Below, in pieces: positions 58,801 through 64,000 of a stretch of 64,000 bases of DNA (position 1 is the stretch's first letter; each line of letters opens with the position of its first letter). The stretch is from the human T2T-CHM13v2.0 reference genome, Homo sapiens: the NCBI RefSeq assembly GCF_009914755.1, contig NC_060928.1. One strand, 5' to 3'. The notes below the pieces were generated by a model, which worked only from the letters and a program-made list of their open reading frames with translations, was not told where the DNA came from and did no database searches. Both the position numbers and the translations under genes were made by a program.

Positions 58801-61800
58801 TTCTGTCTAATTTGTATGTGCAGATATCCCGATTGCAACGAATTCCTCAAAGAGCTCCAAATATCCTGAAGCAGATTCTTCAAAAGCAGTATTTCAAGAC
58901 TGCTCTATCAAAAGGAAGGTTGAACTGTGTGAGTTGAATCCACACATCCCAAAAAAAGTTTCTGAGAATGCTTCTGTCAATTTTGTGCAGATATCCCGTT
59001 GGCAACGAATTCCTGAAAGAGCTCCAAATATCCTCAAGCAGATTCTGCAAAAGCAGGATTTCAAGACAGCTCTATCAAAAGGAAAGTTGAACTCTGTGAG
59101 TTGAGTTCACACATCCCTAAATGTTTCTGAGAATGCTTCTGTCTAGTTTATATGTGAAGATATTTCACTTTCCACCATGAGCCTCTAAGCGCTCCAAATG
59201 AACACTTGCAGAGTATGCAGAAAGAATGTTTCCAATCTTCTCTATCAAAGGAAAGATTCAACTCTGTGAGTTGAATGGACATATCACAAAGAACTGTCTG
59301 AGAATACTTCTGTCTAGCTTTTATGTGAAGATATTTCCTTTTCCACCGTAGGCTTCAAAGCGCTCCAAATGAACACTTGCAGATTCTACAAAAAGAATGC
59401 TTCTAAACTGCTGTATCAAAGAAAGCGTTCAACTCTGTGAGTTGAATGCACACATCCCAAAGCAGTTTCTGAGAATGCTTCTGTTTAGTTTTTATGTGAA
59501 GATATTTTGCTTTCCACCATAAGCCTTCAAAGCGCTCCAAAGGAACACTTGCAGATTATGCACAGAGAATGCCTCAAATCTGCTCTATCAAAAGAAAGGT
59601 TGGACTCTGTGAGTTCAATGGACACATCACAAAGCAGTTTCTGAGAATGCTTCTGTCCGGTTTTTCTGTGAAGATATTTCCTTTTGCACCCTAGGCTTCA
59701 AAGCGCTCCAAATGAACACTTGCAGATTCTACAAAAAGAATGTTTCAAAACTGCTCTATCAAAGACGGAGTTCAACCCTTTGACTTCAATGAACACAACA
59801 CAGAGCAGTTTCTGAGAATGCTTCTGTGTAGTTTTTATCCGAAGATATTTCCTTTTCCACCATAGGCCTCAAATCGCTCCAAATATCCACTTGTAGATCG
59901 TAAGAAAACACTGTTTCAAAACTGCTTTCTCAAAAGGAAGGTTCAACTCTTTGAGTTCAATGCGCACATCACAAGGAACTGTCTGAGCAAACTTCCGTCT
60001 AGTTTTTATGTGACGATATTACCATTTCCACCGCAGGTTTCGAAGCGCTCCAAAAGAACACTTGCAGATACTGCAACAAGAATGTTTCACAACTGCTCTA
60101 TCAAAGAACGCGTTCACCTCTGTGAGTTGAATGCACACATCCCAAAGCAGTTTCTGAGAATGCTTCTGTGTAGCTTCCATGTGAAGGTATCTCCTTTTCC
60201 ACCATAGGCCTCGTATCGCTCCAAATATCCACTTGGGTGATAGTGCAAAAACACTGCTTCAGAACTGCTCTCCCAAAGGAAGGTTCAACTCTGTGAGTTG
60301 AATGCAGACATCACAAAAAAGTTTCTGAGAATGCTTCCGTCCAGTTTGTATGTGCAGATACCCCGTTTACAACGAATTCCTCAAGAGCTCCAAATATCCT
60401 CAAGCAGATTCTACAAAAGCAGTATTTCAAGACTGCTCTATCAAAAGGAAGGGTGAACTCTGTGAGTTGAATCCACACATCCCAAAAAAGTTTCTGAGAA
60501 TAGTTGTGTCTAGTTTGTATGTGCGGACATCCCGTTTACAGCGAATTCCTCAAAGAGCTCCAAATGTCCTCAGGCAGATTCTGCAAAAGCAGTGCTGCAA
60601 AACTGCTCTATCAAAAGAAAGGTTGAACTCTGTGAGTTGAGTTCACACATCACAAAAATGTCTCTGACCATGTTCCTGTCTACCTTGTATGTGCAGATAT
60701 CCCGTTTACAACGAATTCCTCAAAGACCTACAAATATCCTCAAGCTGATTCTAGAAAAGGATGGTTTCAAAACTGATCTATCCAAAAAGACGTTCAACTC
60801 TGTGACTTGAATGCACACAACACAAAATTTTCTGAGAATGCTTCTGTCTAGATTGTATGTGGAGATATCTCGTTTGCCACGAATTCCTCCAAGAGCTCCA
60901 AATATCCTCAAGCAGATTCTACCCAAGCAGGGTTTCAGGAATGCTCTATCAAAAGGAAGGTTGAATTCTGTGAGTTGAATCCACACATCACGAAAAAGTT
61001 TCTGGGAATGCTTCTGTCTAATTTGTATGTGCAGATATCCCGATTGCAACGAATTCCTCAAAGAGCTCCAAATATCCTGAAGCAGATTCTTCAAAAGCAG
61101 TATTTCAAGACTGCTCTATCAAAAGGAAGGTTGAACTGTGTGAGTTGAATCCACACATCCCAAAAAAAGTTTCTGAGAATGCTTCTGTCAATTTTGTGCA
61201 GATATCCCGTTGGCAACGAATTCCTGAAAGAGCTCCAAATATCCTCAAGCAGATTCTGCAAAAGCAGGATTTCAAGACAGCTCTATCAAAAGGAAAGTTG
61301 AACTCTGTGAGTTGAGTTCACACATCCCTAAATGTTTCTGAGAATGCTTCTGTCTAGTTTATATGTGAAGATATTTCACTTTCCACCATGAGCCTCTAAG
61401 CGCTCCAAATGAACACTTGCAGAGTATGCAGAAAGAATGTTTCCAATCTTCTCTATCAAAGGAAAGATTCAACTCTGTGAGTTGAATGGACATATCACAA
61501 AGAACTGTCTGAGAATACTTCTGTCTAGCTTTTATGTGAAGATATTTCCTTTTCCACCGTAGGCTTCAAAGCGCTCCAAATGAACACTTGCAGATTCTAC
61601 AAAAAGAATGCTTCTAAACTGCTGTATCAAAGAAAGCGTTCAACTCTGTGAGTTGAATGCACACATCCCAAAGCAGTTTCTGAGAATGCTTCTGTTTAGT
61701 TTTTATGTGAAGATATTTTGCTTTCCACCATAAGCCTTCAAAGCGCTCCAAAGGAACACTTGCAGATTATGCACAGAGAATGCCTCAAATCTGCTCTATC

Positions 61801-64000
61801 AAAAGAAAGGTTGGACTCTGTGAGTTCAATGGACACATCACAAAGCAGTTTCTGAGAATGCTTCTGTCCGGTTTTTCTGTGAAGATATTTCCTTTTGCAC
61901 CCTAGGCTTCAAAGCGCTCCAAATGAACACTTGCAGATTCTACAAAAAGAATGTTTCAAAACTGCTCTATCAAAGACGGAGTTCAACCCTTTGACTTCAA
62001 TGAACACAACACAGAGCAGTTTCTGAGAATGCTTCTGTGTAGTTTTTATCCGAAGATATTTCCTTTTCCACCATAGGCCTCAAATCGCTCCAAATATCCA
62101 CTTGTAGATCGTAAGAAAACACTGTTTCAAAACTGCTTTCTCAAAAGGAAGGTTCAACTCTTTGAGTTCAATGCGCACATCACAAGGAACTGTCTGAGCA
62201 AACTTCCGTCTAGTTTTTATGTGACGATATTACCATTTCCACCGCAGGTTTCGAAGCGCTCCAAAAGAACACTTGCAGATACTGCAACAAGAATGTTTCA
62301 CAACTGCTCTATCAAAGAACGCGTTCACCTCTGTGAGTTGAATGCACACATCCCAAAGCAGTTTCTGAGAATGCTTCTGTGTAGCTTCCATGTGAAGGTA
62401 TCTCCTTTTCCACCATAGGCCTCGTATCGCTCCAAATATCCACTTGGGTGATAGTGCAAAAACACTGTTTCAGAACTGCTCTCCCAAAGGAAGGTTCAAC
62501 TCTGTGAGTTGAATGCAGACATCACAAAAAAGTTTCTGAGAATGCTTCCGTCCAGTTTGTATGTGCAGATACCCCGTTTACAACGAATTCCTCAAGAGTT
62601 CCAAATATCCTCAAGCAGATTCTACAAAAGCAGTATTTCAAGACTGCTCTATCAAAAGGAAGGGTGAACTCTGTGAGTTGAATCCACACATCCCAAAAAA
62701 GTTTCTGAGAATAGTTGTGTCTAGTTTGTATGTGCGGACATCCCGTTTACAGCGAATTCCTCAAAGAGCTCCAAATGTCCTCAGGCAGATTCTGTAAAAG
62801 CAGTGCTGCAAAACTGCTCTATCGGAAGAAAGGTTGAACTCTGTGAGTTGAGTTCACACATCACAAAAATGTCTCTGACCATGTTCCTGTCTACCTTGTA
62901 TGTGCAGATATCCCGTTTACAATGAATTCCTCAAAGACCTACAAATATCCTCAAGCTGATTCTAGAAAAGGATGGTTTCAAAACTGATCTATCCAAAAAG
63001 ACGTTCAACTCTGTGACTTGAATGCACACAACACAAAATTTTCTGAGAATGCTTCTGTCTAGATTGTATGTGGAGATATCTCGTTTGCCACGAATTCCTC
63101 CAAGAGCTCCAAATATCCTCAAGCAGATTCTACCCAAGCAGGGTTTCAGGAATGCTCTATCAAAAGGAAGGTTGAATTCTGTGAGTTGAATCCACACATC
63201 ACGAAAAAGTTTCTGGGAATGCTTCTGTCTAATTTGTATGTGCAGATATCCCGATTGCAACGAATTCCTCAAAGAGCTCCAAATATCCTGAAGCAGATTC
63301 TTCAAAAGCAGTATTTCAAGACTGCTCTATCAAAAGGAAGGTTGAACTGTGTGAGTTGAATCCACACATCCCAAAAAAAGTTTCTGAGAATGCTTCTGTC
63401 AATTTTGTGCAGATATCCCGTTGGCAACGAATTCCTGAAAGAGCTCCAAATATCCTCAAGCAGATTCTGCAAAAGCAGGATTTCAAGACAGCTCTATCAA
63501 AAGGAAAGTTGAACTCTGTGAGTTGAGTTCACACATCCCTAAATGTTTCTGAGAATGCTTCTGTCTAGTTTATATGTGAAGATATTTCACTTTCCACCAT
63601 GAGCCTCTAAGCGCTCCAAATGAACACTTGCAGAGTATGCAGAAAGAACGTTTCCAATCTTCTCTATCAAAGGAAAGATTCAACTCTGTGAGTTGAATGG
63701 ACATATCACAAAGAACTGTCTGAGAATACTTCTGTCTAGCTTTTATGTGAAGATATTTCCTTTTCCACCGTAGGCTTCAAAGCGCTCCAAATGAACACTT
63801 GCAGATTCTACAAAAAGAATGCTTCTAAACTGCTGTATCAAAGAAAGCGTTCAACTCTGTGAGTTGAATGCACACATCCCAAAGCAGTTTCTGAGAATGC
63901 TTCTGTTTAGTTTTTATGTGAAGATATTTTGCTTTCCACCATAAGCCTTCAAAGCGCTCCAAAGGAACACTTGCAGATTATGCACAGAGAATGCCTCAAA
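19800..64000 (-). repeat. Alpha-satellite array 2: homogeneous 13-mer HOR, 2211 bp, about 20 copies (SF5-like; recalled as the chr4 13-mer, S5C4H2)
   Basis: Exact 2211-bp spacing of markers (20212, 22423, ... 62221) with only scattered SNVs; 13 monomers per unit; runs off the window end. The name is from memory. Confidence 0.96.
20563..21256 (-). promoter_or_regulatory. Cluster of four core-intact CENP-B boxes in HOR unit 1, repeated every 2211 bp
   Basis: Minus-strand TTCGTTGTAAACGGGG (20563-20579), TTCGCTGTAAACGGGA (20732-20748), TTCGTTGTAAACGGGA (20902-20918) and TTCGTTGCAATCGGGA (21240-21256). The boxes near 21070 (CGAG) and 21407 (core A replaced by C) are broken. Confidence 0.8.

Noticed and set aside
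6396-63305. Dozens of 60-140 aa ORFs in the alpha satellite (e.g. MTILPFPPQ..., MKNLLQDIW..., MCRYPVYNE...)
   Set aside because: Chance open frames in satellite DNA, repeated with the HOR period, often with non-ATG starts and freely gained or lost through SNVs. Useful only as variant markers.
6277-64000. CRISPR-like reading of regular repeats next to a reverse transcriptase
   Set aside because: The repeats are contiguous ~171-bp alphoid monomers with no unique spacers, and the RT is a standard L1 ORF2p.

Overview
Human centromeric DNA with no conventional genes. The window has four parts. (1) 1-92: an alpha-satellite remnant with a CENP-B box. (2) 93-6277: a full-length human-specific LINE-1 (L1HS, Ta-1, probably Ta-1d) inserted into alpha satellite with an 11-bp target-site duplication. 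The insertion carries about 150 bp of non-L1 sequence on its 5' side that I recognise as HERV-H internal sequence. ORF1 has a single nonsense codon; ORF2 and ORF0 are open. (3) 6277-19794: a CENP-B-box-rich alpha-satellite array (SF2-like, possibly the edge of D4Z1) that decays from 12-mer to 11-mer and 8-mer periodicity and then into diverged monomers. (4) 19800-64000: after an abrupt strand switch, about 20 near-identical copies of an inverted 2211-bp 13-mer higher-order repeat (HOR) with a block layout of 6 B-type then 7 A-type monomers (SF5-like, recalled as the chr4 13-mer). SNV sharing in this array shows 2-unit and 3-unit super-periods and a sub-block that has lost one CENP-B box. Chromosome, family and consensus comparisons come from memory, not from a database search.
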